This document shows positions 14,901-23,712 of a DNA stretch of 37,995 nt, in pieces. Every line of letters begins with the position of its first letter. Position 1 is the stretch's first letter. Location of the stretch: the IMG/VR virus record IMGVR_UViG_3300045922_000127, positions 1 through 37,995 of that record; one strand, given 5' to 3'. The stretch is from a virus. A model generated the notes under the pieces. That model did no database searches. It was not told where the DNA came from and was given only the letters and a program-made list of their open reading frames with translations. A program made the translations under genes and the position numbers.

Positions 14901-17098
14901 AGCTCATGGCCAGGGACGCGAAAACCGGCAGATGGGTGCCGAACGACGGGTTGGTGAACCACATCGACGGGTTGAAAACGAACCCGAACATGCCACGGTT
15001 GATGTGGTACAAGACGCAGGAAACAGCCAGCCTGCCGCGACCGAAGATCATGGAAACGGTGGCGTCGGTGTTCTTCGGGAGCCTGTACGGCAAAGGGTCC
15101 GACATGCTGGCCCGCTCCCCCACGTTCCGGCGTGTGTATTGGAAGCACATGGAGACGTTGATCTCGTCCGCCACACCCGAGGAGGCGGCACGGATCGTCA
15201 ACAACGCACGAACCGCCGGCCTGCCAGGCGACGTGCTCCGCAACCTGGAAGCCAAAGCGCGTGGCGCAGCCGGACAAGCCAAGCTGGAAGATTTGGACAA
15301 GCTGGCGAAAGCCGGTGCCCTGTCGTACACCCGTGACCTGCTGTTCGACGCGTCGAAACGCGGCACCGGCATGGACATGCTCCGGTTGATCGTCCCGTTC
15401 GGTGACGCGTGGAAAGAAGTGCTCCTCACATGGGGTCGGCTGCTGGTGCAACAGCGCGGCCTCCCCGCCAAGAAGCTGTTGAAAGGGATACGCGCCGCCA
15501 CCGAAGCGCCGCTCGGACCCGACGTGTACGGCGTCGACGAAGAAGGCAACATCATCCCAGGCAGAGACGGGCGACGCGAAGGGTTCTTCCACCGCAACAG
15601 TGTCGGGGAATGGGTGTACACCGTGCCGTTCAGCGCGGAGATGTCCCGCTTGTTGTCCGGTGGGAAAGTGAACACCGCCCTGGATGCGCCGGTTGCCGGG
15701 TTGAACATCGCCGGGTCGATCTTCCCAGGGTTGGGTCCGGTGTCATCCGAGCTGGTCGCTGGTGCGCTACCTGACGACCCGCGGTGGGACAGTGTGAAAG
15801 CGATCCTGTTCCCGTTCGGCACCCCCGCCGACGCCGACACACCCGGTGGGCAAGCGAACGTGTGGCAACGCTACTTCGTGCCGCCTTCGGTGCGGAAGAT
15901 GGCCGCTGTGTTGGACCCGGAAGGCTGGCAAGGGTATCTGCGGAACCTGCTCAACGACTTCGACACCGACCCCACCTATCAGGCGACCGTCAACTACACG
16001 TACAAGCAGCTGCTGGCCGCCTACATGATGCAAGGTGTTGACGCTGACGCGTTCCAAAACCAGAATCAGATTCGCCGCGAAGCCGCAGCGATCGCGGACA
16101 CCATGTATTTCCTGCGGGGCGTCGGCCAGTTCCTCGGCCCAGCCACCCCCATGTCGAGGTACATGGTGGACACCGCGCAAGGGAACGTCGTCATCGGTCT
16201 GCTCATCGACGAGTGGCGCACCCTGGAGAAAGAGTACGAAGCGGCAGGCGGCGACCCTGACGACGCGATCTTCGACATGTTGGACCGCTACGGGCCGCAG
16301 GTGTGGATGACCGCCGCACCGAACACCGTCACCTTGCTGCAAGGAGCGGACGCGTCGAAAGAATGGTGGGACTGGTATCGGGTGAACAAGGACGCGATCA
16401 ACGCGTATCGGGATGTGGCCGCGTATCTCGGCCCGTCAGGCGAGTTCGACTTGGAGTCGTATTCGGCTCAGTCGTCGGCAGGGTTGCGGCGTGTCGCCAC
16501 CCCACAGGAGATGTACGAGCAGGCTGCGGAGGTGTTGGCGTGGGCGTATCTGGACCGGTTGAAAGAGTCGCTGCCACCGGAAGCGGAATGGGATCAGGAG
16601 ATTCGTGCCATGTTCAGCGACGAGCGGGCAGCGATCGAGCAACGCTTCTCGATCACGCTCGGTGGCACCGAAACCACGAACCGTCGCCGCGATCAGATCA
16701 ACCAGCTGCAAACAATGGTGGAAGCCGCCGAAGCAGGCGACCGCAACGCGCAGGCGCTTCTCGCTGGCGGCACCGGCGACGCTGTCCGAGTGTGGATGGC
16801 TGCCCGTGAAGCAGCGAACGAGGTGGTGCGGCAAGAGCTCGGTTTGACTGGGGTGAACGCGTGGGCGACCGCGGTGCGGGCTGCGCCGATCCGCGACCAG
16901 ATGCGCGAGCTCGGTGAGCAGCTGGCATCCGAAAACGAAGGGTTCGCCAGGTTGTATCGTCAAGTGTTGGAGCGTGAGATGCTGTCCGAAGAAACCGACG
17001 CCGACTATCAACCTTCGGCACGGTCATCTTCGACGCGCCCAGCGGGCACAGTGACGATCACCCCACCACGACGACAGCAGAGGCGGCGGGGGCGGTGA
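11975..17098 (+). CDS. giant virion-module protein (1707 aa), putative internal/ejection protein
   Basis: A single uninterrupted ORF with a GTGA overlap to the upstream gene. It lies between portal and scaffold and is largely predicted helical, with a basic tail RRQQRRRGR. No catalytic motif recognised by eye. Confidence 0.8.
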   Translation: MNDYDEMLAAHARQVAFRRETERRARETTPQQAATVTKGWLANRNLNVEAMVSAVLAGADEQMLWNMNQAATKQMLQAGVAPESPATTSRRQLGLSTTVGAKVGASSEPNPLQRGAMAVSRGVFTGLMSFPQYLENLAGQALPLPGQDDWKPSDLVNLVTGIPQAARATELGQVVETAFRTGSVDQGSGWFPQGQVREAQAERQRDLLGTVTGRDGQQVAWTLGRGIASDLASINVINRDSLWFDLVSGTVDAVIEMVTDPTNYIPVAGWGDEAIKGMAAVGGRTGRRVAELRQAAVAAEAAGDTVLAERTWRAMAQELGAPRRLLNNATTPTDVAIRAALLHEAGVVGSNGTRTILLPEFARFLTTGNGRRVVERMVEETNVARIARLHKNKVSGAVARQLAEAKTPEEVIEVYARAMANPGADLANSVQQMPHLTPMSLTSMGLWVQDKLASRTRLWNLRPTDAAININDPYGYTKIDQLYRTMPVEPSLAVGRYNTELRDLRIKQFIEAQATGDEGQIKNVVNAIADDFRRTFVKLGFSEDQATQATRWATEEQIAGSYRTADLLGGGPVDDSILLTTQVLQNDVHVIDPQMFNQMYREMTRLRQVLRSNPAFSTWQRTQRALYDAVIEREAAEAAQDWAAVRNLDKQVRSLEAKRTRLIEKQRAGGDALAVSLVRGVQMIADNAMGFLKNIMILRGAYLPRVIGEEIARTAGGNVYGNDPLEMIATMIRWAYNNDATGQRFVRAVSDYDSLALLRDDRAAELAILRRSGASQKQMDEAQRALDEIDNMLANLDDTVQSSMAEFNEAMIGRDRFDALRTVTKGNAESQIRTGSRQVADVRIPAQQRNWVRGVADRVSFLSGDPVMRRLARGRFGDKALVTIDGITDSIPNHLAAGRIVDHADAVTHWLRSGGGRPYLDRIARARAADNIPFDPNSHVAVRGWVQDMLDELQTVTGGDETLISAVGTGRFDGRQLMARDAKTGRWVPNDGLVNHIDGLKTNPNMPRLMWYKTQETASLPRPKIMETVASVFFGSLYGKGSDMLARSPTFRRVYWKHMETLISSATPEEAARIVNNARTAGLPGDVLRNLEAKARGAAGQAKLEDLDKLAKAGALSYTRDLLFDASKRGTGMDMLRLIVPFGDAWKEVLLTWGRLLVQQRGLPAKKLLKGIRAATEAPLGPDVYGVDEEGNIIPGRDGRREGFFHRNSVGEWVYTVPFSAEMSRLLSGGKVNTALDAPVAGLNIAGSIFPGLGPVSSELVAGALPDDPRWDSVKAILFPFGTPADADTPGGQANVWQRYFVPPSVRKMAAVLDPEGWQGYLRNLLNDFDTDPTYQATVNYTYKQLLAAYMMQGVDADAFQNQNQIRREAAAIADTMYFLRGVGQFLGPATPMSRYMVDTAQGNVVIGLLIDEWRTLEKEYEAAGGDPDDAIFDMLDRYGPQVWMTAAPNTVTLLQGADASKEWWDWYRVNKDAINAYRDVAAYLGPSGEFDLESYSAQSSAGLRRVATPQEMYEQAAEVLAWAYLDRLKESLPPEAEWDQEIRAMFSDERAAIEQRFSITLGGTETTNRRRDQINQLQTMVEAAEAGDRNAQALLAGGTGDAVRVWMAAREAANEVVRQELGLTGVNAWATAVRAAPIRDQMRELGEQLASENEGFARLYRQVLEREMLSEETDADYQPSARSSSTRPAGTVTITPPRRQQRRRGR

Positions 17099-17101
17099 GC
17101 G

Positions 17102-18442
17102 ATGGCACGTAGACCACCAAACAACAGGACACGAACCCCGAACACCCCGGATGACGCCGGCGCGCCGCCCACCAGGTCGGCTCGCACCGGTCGCCGCCCC
17201 ACCCCAACCACACCCACACGCACCACAACCGCAGACGCCGACGCGCCGTCCACCAGAACGGATCGCACCGGTCGCCGCCCTACCAGCACCCGCCCCCCAG
17301 CAGCCGACGCACGCGACGTGGGGCAACAAGCCAGGGTTCGCAGCCGTGTCACCCCACCACAACCTGACCGCCCGATCCTCGGCCCACCCGCACCTGATCG
17401 GGACCGTGAACTACAGAACCGTGACCAACTGAACCGCATCTTGGTCGACAAGTTCATGAACGCCATCGCGCCGTTCACCGAATCGGAGATGCGGTTCACC
17501 GACGTTCCGTTGGGGTTGGATGCGATCACCTGGTCCACCACACGCGATGTTGTCGTCGCCCCCGACGGCACGCTCATCGAATGGGACGACGCCGTGAAAC
17601 AAGGGATCGTCACCATTGGTTCGATGACCGGTGGCCCACGGTTGGCTTCAGGGTTCACGCTGCGTGAGATCACCGAATACTGGGTTGATCCCGAGCTGAA
17701 ACCGCGTGACCCGTTCGAGATGGCACGGATACAAGCCGCTGCAGAGATCGAAGCCCGCGGCTACGTGGCCATGAAAGACATGTGGACACACATGCAGGCT
17801 GTCACCGGTGAAGGCTACGGCCCCGAATACCTGTCGGAACGCGACCGGTACATGACCGAGCAGGACGCGCTCAACACGCTCTACAAGATGAGCGTCGACG
17901 AGCTGGCGTTGGTCAAAACGAACCTGATCCGGTTGGGTCTGCTGTCCGAAACACAAGCCGGTCTCATGTCGGTTCGGGATATCAACAAGAAGGTTGAGGA
18001 CGCGTTCTTGTCACTGGTGGGGACAGCGCAGCAGAACGACATGAAATGGGATGCGTTCATGGGGCGCATGTTGAACGACGGCACCTCGTTCGGCGGCGGC
18101 GGTGGCCGTGGCGGCGGTCGTGGTCGTGGTGGTGGTGGTGGGGGTGGTGGCTATCAGATCAGGTTGACGAACCCTGACGATCTTCGCCAAGTGGCGAACG
18201 CTGTCGCACAGCAGCGCATCGGACGCACCCTCGACGACGACACCCTCAACCGGTTCGTCGCCGCCTACCAGGACCTGGAACGCCAATACCAGACGCAGTT
18301 CCAGCAGGGGCAGAGCGAGGTTGTGCAACCCCCGGCGGTGGACACGTTCGCCGCCACCATGCTGTCCCAACAGTTCGCCTCCGAAGAAGATGTTTACAAG
18401 CTGGGGGCGACACTTGACATGTTCACGGAGATGATCCGATGA
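17102..18442 (+). CDS. hypothetical virion-module protein (446 aa) with a basic Thr/Pro/Arg-rich N-terminus and a Gly/Arg tract
   Basis: Track ORF. It carries RTGRRPT twice in the first 70 aa and GGGGGRGGGRGRGGGGGGGG near residue 335. Confidence 0.75.
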   Translation: MARRPPNNRTRTPNTPDDAGAPPTRSARTGRRPTPTTPTRTTTADADAPSTRTDRTGRRPTSTRPPAADARDVGQQARVRSRVTPPQPDRPILGPPAPDRDRELQNRDQLNRILVDKFMNAIAPFTESEMRFTDVPLGLDAITWSTTRDVVVAPDGTLIEWDDAVKQGIVTIGSMTGGPRLASGFTLREITEYWVDPELKPRDPFEMARIQAAAEIEARGYVAMKDMWTHMQAVTGEGYGPEYLSERDRYMTEQDALNTLYKMSVDELALVKTNLIRLGLLSETQAGLMSVRDINKKVEDAFLSLVGTAQQNDMKWDAFMGRMLNDGTSFGGGGGRGGGRGRGGGGGGGGYQIRLTNPDDLRQVANAVAQQRIGRTLDDDTLNRFVAAYQDLERQYQTQFQQGQSEVVQPPAVDTFAATMLSQQFASEEDVYKLGATLDMFTEMIR

Positions 18443-19431
18443 CCATGACAGAGAACCCGGTGACCGCCCCCCGGTTCGCAGCCGAATGGCGCGCCACCCC
18501 CAGGAAAGACCGCCAAGAGCTGGCGCGATGGCTCGGTCTGTCCGACCAGCAGGTGCAAGAGCTGGAGGAATACACGATCCGGTCGGTCATCACCGAGGAG
18601 TTCGGTTGGGCAGCCACCTTCCTCGATCACGCCGAGCTGGGGCCGCTGCTGCGGCAAGCCGCGTGGGAAGGGTGGACCGCGCAGAAGCTCCAAACCGAGC
18701 TGCGGAAAACCAGGTGGTGGCAGTCCACCACCGAGGCGCAGCGGAGATGGGAAACAACCACCGCTGAGGACCCGGCGACCGCAGCACGAACCGTGGAGGA
18801 GCGCGCCATCGCGTTGCAGCAGCAGGCCGCACAGCTGGGTGGCAACCTGTCAACCGCGCAAGCGAAAACGCTCGCTGAGATGGCGTTGCGGAACGGCTGG
18901 TCCGAGATCGACGTGTCGCGTGCGTTGGGAGCCGAGCTGGTTCGCTCCGGGCAGACCACCGCGCTGCGTAAGGGGATCATCGGCACACAGATCGCCGCCG
19001 CCGCCTCCACCTACGGTGTGCCCATGTCTGAGGAGACGATCAACGGGTGGGTGCGAGCGATCGCGCAAGGATCAGCGGTCGCTGCGGACTATCAGCGGTG
19101 GCTGGTCGATCAGGCGGTGTCCATGTTCCCGGCGTTGGAGCAGGATTTGCGGCGCGGGTTGACTGTCGACCAGTTGGCGTCGCCGTATCGGGAGGTGGCG
19201 GCACGAACGCTGGGTGTGAACCCGGCGACCATCGACTTCTCGGACCCGAAATGGAACGCTGCGCTGAACGTGGTCGACCAGTCCGGGAAACGGCGTGTCG
19301 CGACGCTGGCTGAGTGGGGTGACATGATCCGCCGTGACAGCCGCTACGGCTACGACCAGTCGGATGAGGCGGTGTCGAAGGCGTACACGGTGACGTCTGA
19401 GATCAGCCGTGCGTTCGGGAGGCTCGGATGA
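18439..19431 (+). CDS. hypothetical virion-module protein (330 aa)
   Basis: Track ORF with ATGA overlaps at both ends. Confidence 0.75.
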   Translation: MTMTENPVTAPRFAAEWRATPRKDRQELARWLGLSDQQVQELEEYTIRSVITEEFGWAATFLDHAELGPLLRQAAWEGWTAQKLQTELRKTRWWQSTTEAQRRWETTTAEDPATAARTVEERAIALQQQAAQLGGNLSTAQAKTLAEMALRNGWSEIDVSRALGAELVRSGQTTALRKGIIGTQIAAAASTYGVPMSEETINGWVRAIAQGSAVAADYQRWLVDQAVSMFPALEQDLRRGLTVDQLASPYREVAARTLGVNPATIDFSDPKWNAALNVVDQSGKRRVATLAEWGDMIRRDSRYGYDQSDEAVSKAYTVTSEISRAFGRLG

Positions 19432-20402
19432 GCAACGTGGAGCCAGCCGCCGTCACCACCCAGGGTGCGGTTCGTGGCGCTGCCACTGGTGGCGTATCAC
19501 CGCAACCACCACCGTTCACCCCGCCCCGCCCGGCACCCGCGCCGCGCCCGACACCCGCCCCGGCACCGTCTCAGTCGGCGCGGCGTATCGTCGAGAACAT
19601 CCTGGCCGAGTTCGGGTTGAACACCCCTGCTCTGGTTGATCTGGTGATGACCGAGATCACCGAGGACACACAGATCAACCGTGACCGGCTCATGGCGCAG
19701 CTGCGAGCCACCAGCGAATACCAGCAGCGGTTCGCTGGGATGAAACTGCGCCGCGACGCCGGCCTCCCGGCGATCACCGAAACCGAATACGTCGCGTTGG
19801 AGCGCATGTACGCCCAGTTCATGCGCCAAGCCGGCCTCCCGGCAGGGTTCTACGACTCCCCCGACGATTTCGCACGGTTCATCGGCGCGGACGTGTCCGC
19901 CGCAGAGTTCCAACAGCGCATCGCCAACGGCTACCGGGCGGTCGCTGAAGCCGACCAGACGGTGATCGACCAGTTCCGCACCCTGTTCGGTATCACCGAC
20001 GGTGAGTTGGCGGCGTACATGTTGGACCCCGACCGGGCGTTGCCGTTGATCGAAGAACAGGTGGCAACAGCCAGGGTGGGGGCCGCGGCAGCACGCGCCG
20101 GGTTCTCGAACGTGGTGGAACGCGAAACGTTGACCCGCATGGCGCAGCTCGGTGTCACCGAACAGCAAGCCAGCGAAGTGTTCGGGACCATCGCCCGAAA
20201 CCAGGAGCTGTTCCAACCGTTGGACCCAACCGAAACCGCGATCAGCGTCGACGAAGCAGCGATGGGTTTGTCAGGGAACGACGCTGCGGCTGCCCGGCGG
20301 ATCAGGCAACGGCAGGAGCGTCGCCGCGCCGAGTTCGCTGGCGCAGCCGGCGGGTTCGCCACACAGGGTTCGACCATCACCGGTCTCACCGAAGCCCGCT
20401 GA
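19428..20402 (+). CDS. hypothetical virion-module protein (324 aa), Pro-rich N-terminus
   Basis: Track ORF with an ATGA overlap upstream, followed by a hairpin terminator. Confidence 0.75.
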   Translation: MSNVEPAAVTTQGAVRGAATGGVSPQPPPFTPPRPAPAPRPTPAPAPSQSARRIVENILAEFGLNTPALVDLVMTEITEDTQINRDRLMAQLRATSEYQQRFAGMKLRRDAGLPAITETEYVALERMYAQFMRQAGLPAGFYDSPDDFARFIGADVSAAEFQQRIANGYRAVAEADQTVIDQFRTLFGITDGELAAYMLDPDRALPLIEEQVATARVGAAAARAGFSNVVERETLTRMAQLGVTEQQASEVFGTIARNQELFQPLDPTETAISVDEAAMGLSGNDAAAARRIRQRQERRRAEFAGAAGGFATQGSTITGLTEAR

Positions 20403-20406
20403 AAAA

Positions 20407-20451
20407 CAGAAACCCCCCGCTCACCCGTCAGCTGGGAGCAGGGGGTTTCTG
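20407..20451 (+). terminator. hairpin terminator after the 324-aa gene
   Basis: CAGAAACCCCC (20407-20417) pairs perfectly with GGGGGTTTCTG (20441-20451). It begins 5 nt after the stop codon. Confidence 0.6.
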
Positions 20452-20505
20452 CCTCTGGGTTGGGTGCAGACGATGGCTGCCTGCACAGCGAACACTACAC
20501 CATCG

Positions 20506-20534
20506 TTGCAACCCGTGCAACCCTGTGTCATACT
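20506..20534 (+). promoter_or_regulatory. late promoter candidate for scaffold/capsid (TTGCAA-N17-CATACT)
   Basis: The hexamers lie in the 257-bp intergenic gap, about 125 nt upstream of GTG 20660. The 5' leader contains a 9-bp hairpin, CTCACACGC...GCGTGTGAG. Confidence 0.45.
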
Positions 20535-20659
20535 GTCACCGATGCCGCACGGCAGAACCTCACACGCAACCCCCCGGCGTGTGAGAGAAACCTCGGGGTG
20601 ACCACCTGTGCCGCCGTTCTTCCTCCGAGACCGGCGAGAACTGTGAAAGGAGCGCAACC

Positions 20660-21121
20660 GTGTCCAACGACGACACCACCCCCCCCATCGACGAGCACGA
20701 CGACCTCGATGAGGTGCCCATCCCGAAGCAGATGCGGCAGCACATCAAGGCGTTGGAAGCCGACAACAAGGCGCTCCGCGAACAGGTCGCGGAAGCCGCA
20801 GCGGCCCGCCGCAAGCTGGCGCTCATCGAAGCGGGCGTCGACCTGAACACGCCCACCGGGCAGCTGTTCGCGAAAGCGTACGACGGTGAGCTCACGGTCG
20901 AAGCGATCAAGGCGCAAGCCGAACAGTATGGGGTGGTGGCGCCTCCACCGGCCACAACCGCGTCACCCGCCGAACAGCAGGCGTGGCAGCAGCAGACCAG
21001 AGCACAGTCGGAAGGTTCCGCAACTGGAACAGACTGGTTAGCCAGGTTCGCAGCGGCCAAAACCCCCGACGAGGTTCGGGCGATTCAACGGGAGAAGATG
21101 CAGGCCGAAGGACTCGCATAG
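20660..21121 (+). CDS. scaffolding protein (153 aa)
   Basis: GAAAGGAG upstream of the GTG. Acidic N-terminus, coiled-coil-like KALEADNKALREQVAEAAAARRKLALIE. Located immediately upstream of the capsid gene. Confidence 0.7.
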   Translation: MSNDDTTPPIDEHDDLDEVPIPKQMRQHIKALEADNKALREQVAEAAAARRKLALIEAGVDLNTPTGQLFAKAYDGELTVEAIKAQAEQYGVVAPPPATTASPAEQQAWQQQTRAQSEGSATGTDWLARFAAAKTPDEVRAIQREKMQAEGLA

Positions 21122-21185
21122 CGTCGCTAGGGGCACGGTGCCGATCAGCCAGTCACCGTAACCGTCTGAAAGGACACCCCTACAC

Positions 21186-22160
21186 ATGCCTGTCTTCAAC
21201 CCCACCGGCAACACCGAGCTCAACTCGATTCAGGAGGCGTTCAACCGTCTCGCCTACTTCGCTCTGCGACCCGAGCTGTATTTCGATCAGGTCGCGTCGG
21301 TGAAGCCCGCCGAGCAGGCGATGCCCGGCAACATCGTCACGTTCACCATCTACACCGACCTGTCCCCGGCGATCACGCCGCTCGGCGAGTACGCCGACGT
21401 GGACATGCAGCTGTTCAGCGACTCGCATGTGCAGGTGCCGATCGCTGAGTACGGCAACGTGGTCGGCACCACCGCCGTCGCTCGAGCGCTGTCGTTCCTC
21501 GACCCCGACAACGACGCAGCGAACCTGATCGGGTTCAACGCTGGCGTGTCGGTCGACACGCTCGCCCGCGACGCGATCGCCGCCGGAACGAACGTGTTCT
21601 ACGCGTCCGGTGGCGTCACCCTGCCAACCTCTCGTGGCACCGTCCAAACCGAGGACACGCTCGTGGGCAGGGATATCGCGAAGGCGACCGCGCAGCTCCG
21701 CACCGCGAACGTCCCACCCCTGCTCGGGGCGGACGGGTCCGCCACCGAGGGCTACTATGTCGGGTTCATCCACCCGAACGTGTCCTACGATCTGCGGATC
21801 GCGACGGGGGCCGGCAACTGGCGTGAGCCTCGCTCCTACTCCGATCCCGGTGGCATCTACCGTGGTGAGGTCGGCGCACACGAAGGCGTGCGGTTCGTGG
21901 AGACCCCCCGCACCAAGATCTGGACCGGATCGGGTTCCGGTTCGATCAACGTGTACGCCACCCACATCTGCGGGTTCCAGGCGCTCGCGAAGGCGTACGC
22001 GACGCAGGACGGCTACGGGGAGCAGCCCCGGTTCGTCATCATGCCACCCACCGACAACCTGGGCCGGTTCAACAAGGTCGGCTGGAAGCACTTTGTCGGG
22101 TACAAGGTGTTCCGTGAGGCGTCGGTGCGTCGCATCGAGTCGTCGTCAAGCCTCGGCTGA
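21186..22160 (+). CDS. major capsid protein (324 aa)
   Basis: Position after the scaffold, size, an own SD (GAAAGGA) and a strong terminator downstream. The HK97-like fold is inferred, not demonstrated. Confidence 0.8.
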   Translation: MPVFNPTGNTELNSIQEAFNRLAYFALRPELYFDQVASVKPAEQAMPGNIVTFTIYTDLSPAITPLGEYADVDMQLFSDSHVQVPIAEYGNVVGTTAVARALSFLDPDNDAANLIGFNAGVSVDTLARDAIAAGTNVFYASGGVTLPTSRGTVQTEDTLVGRDIAKATAQLRTANVPPLLGADGSATEGYYVGFIHPNVSYDLRIATGAGNWREPRSYSDPGGIYRGEVGAHEGVRFVETPRTKIWTGSGSGSINVYATHICGFQALAKAYATQDGYGEQPRFVIMPPTDNLGRFNKVGWKHFVGYKVFREASVRRIESSSSLG

Positions 22161-22182
22161 CCCGTCCCCCATCTCCCCCTGG

Positions 22183-22218
22183 AGCCTCCCTCGCCTGGTT
22201 CGCCAGGTGGGGGAGGCT
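22183..22218 (+). terminator. hairpin terminator/attenuator after the capsid gene
   Basis: AGCCTCCC (22183-22190) pairs with GGGAGGCT (22211-22218), enclosing CCTGG-TTCG-CCAGG. Confidence 0.6.
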
Positions 22219-22237
22219 GACAGGGTACGGTGCTGTC

Positions 22238-22531
22238 ATGTTGCACGCCCGCATCCATCCCACCCTGGACGTTCCCGGCTGTTTCGGTTGCCGGGTGGCG
22301 TCCGTGTCGTTCGCGCCGTCTGCGATGCCGTCCCGGCACGCTCAAGCGGTCGAAGCGAACGAGCGGGAAGCCCGCTGGAACCGTGACCTCCCCGCCTACA
22401 AGCGGCTGGTCGAGTCCGGGTTGCAGCCGCGACAGATCGACGGCGCACACCGCCTGGAGGCCACCGCAACAGAACGCCACCAGATCGAAGGTGGTATCGA
22501 CCCGAAGATTGTGGAACGGGTGATGGGATGA
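22238..22531 (+). CDS. hypothetical protein (97 aa) with N-terminal CxxC
   Basis: Track ORF. ATGA overlap with the downstream glycosyltransferase. Confidence 0.65.
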   Translation: MLHARIHPTLDVPGCFGCRVASVSFAPSAMPSRHAQAVEANEREARWNRDLPAYKRLVESGLQPRQIDGAHRLEATATERHQIEGGIDPKIVERVMG

Positions 22532-23712
22532 CCGGCAGGTTGTGTTTGGAGCATGTGCCCCGCCACCACATCGGCTATGGGCGTGCAGGGATGGAGCTGT
22601 ACGCGGCGTGTGAACGCGCCGGGCTGGCCATGTCGTCGTCCGCTGCTGTTGGTGACGCCGAAACGGTCGTGTCCATGATGAACCCGCCGATGGTGAAAGG
22701 CTGGCTGTCGGGGCAGCGGCGTGTGATCTTCACCATGTACGAAACCACCGACTGCCCAGCCCAGTATCGGGTGCTCACCGATTTCGACATGGTGATCGTG
22801 CCGTGCGACGCGAACGTGGAAGCGTTCTCCAAGTGGCATCCGAACGTGGCGAAGGTGCCATTGGGAGCGAACCCCGACCATTGGCGGTTCCAACCCCGAC
22901 CGGCGAGCGGGCCGTTCACGTTCCTGACGCGTGGCGCGGAACCCCGCAAAGGGGTGGACGCCACCTGTGCAGCATTCCAACAAGCCTTCCCCAACAACCG
23001 CGACGTGCGGCTGGTTGTTCACTTCGCGTGGCCTTCCCATGTGGTGGTGCCGTCCGATCCGCGCATCACCGTCATCACCGACAGGTTGTCGCTGGAAACC
23101 GAGATCGCCTTGCACGCGGACGCACACTGCTATGTCGGGTTGTCACGCGGCGAGGGGTGGGGGATGATGCCGTTGCAGGCGATCATGCAAGGCTGCCCGA
23201 CGATCCTCACCGACGCCCACGGCCACGCCGAGTTCGCCCATCTCGCTGTGGGGGTCGCCACGTCGCTGACACCCGCCGCCGACTACATGCGGTTCGGTGA
23301 AGCCGGCGACTGGTGGGAACCCGACGTGGAGGACGCCGCCGTGAAGATGCGAGACGTGTACGACCGCTACGACTCGTACCTGGAGACAGCCACAGTGTGC
23401 TCACGGGTCGCCCGCGACGAACTCAACTGGGATCGCGCCGCGCAACAGCTGATCGACGCGCTCGGTGGCATCGACAGCCTGGGTCCGTACACGGGGTCGG
23501 GTGAGTTCGTGCGACGCTGCGAACCGCTGGTCCCGATCGTCGTGAACCGGAACATCGAATGCGAGATCGCAGACGTGGCGTATCGGTTCGAGTGCGGCGT
23601 CGAGCAGTGGGGGCCGGCGGATGTGCGGCGTGTGCTGCGCGACGCAGGGTACATAGACGATGACTGTTGGAACGATCCACGGTCGCGACTTCCGGAGGTG
23701 GTGCCCCTGTGA
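22528..23712 (+). CDS. GT-B fold (GT1/GT4-like) glycosyltransferase (394 aa)
   Basis: RKGVDATCAAFQQAF ... YVGLSRGEGWGMMPLQAIMQGCPTILTD matches the E-x7-E region of retaining GT4-type enzymes. Confidence 0.7.
   Translation: MTGRLCLEHVPRHHIGYGRAGMELYAACERAGLAMSSSAAVGDAETVVSMMNPPMVKGWLSGQRRVIFTMYETTDCPAQYRVLTDFDMVIVPCDANVEAFSKWHPNVAKVPLGANPDHWRFQPRPASGPFTFLTRGAEPRKGVDATCAAFQQAFPNNRDVRLVVHFAWPSHVVVPSDPRITVITDRLSLETEIALHADAHCYVGLSRGEGWGMMPLQAIMQGCPTILTDAHGHAEFAHLAVGVATSLTPAADYMRFGEAGDWWEPDVEDAAVKMRDVYDRYDSYLETATVCSRVARDELNWDRAAQQLIDALGGIDSLGPYTGSGEFVRRCEPLVPIVVNRNIECEIADVAYRFECGVEQWGPADVRRVLRDAGYIDDDCWNDPRSRLPEVVPL

Noticed and set aside
12536-15840. Antisense ORFs of 555 and 537 aa inside the 1707-aa gene
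   Set aside because: These are typical high-GC shadow ORFs. Their composition is Arg/Pro/Gly-rich, they show no start context, and the sense strand has a coupled start and coherent protein-like sequence.
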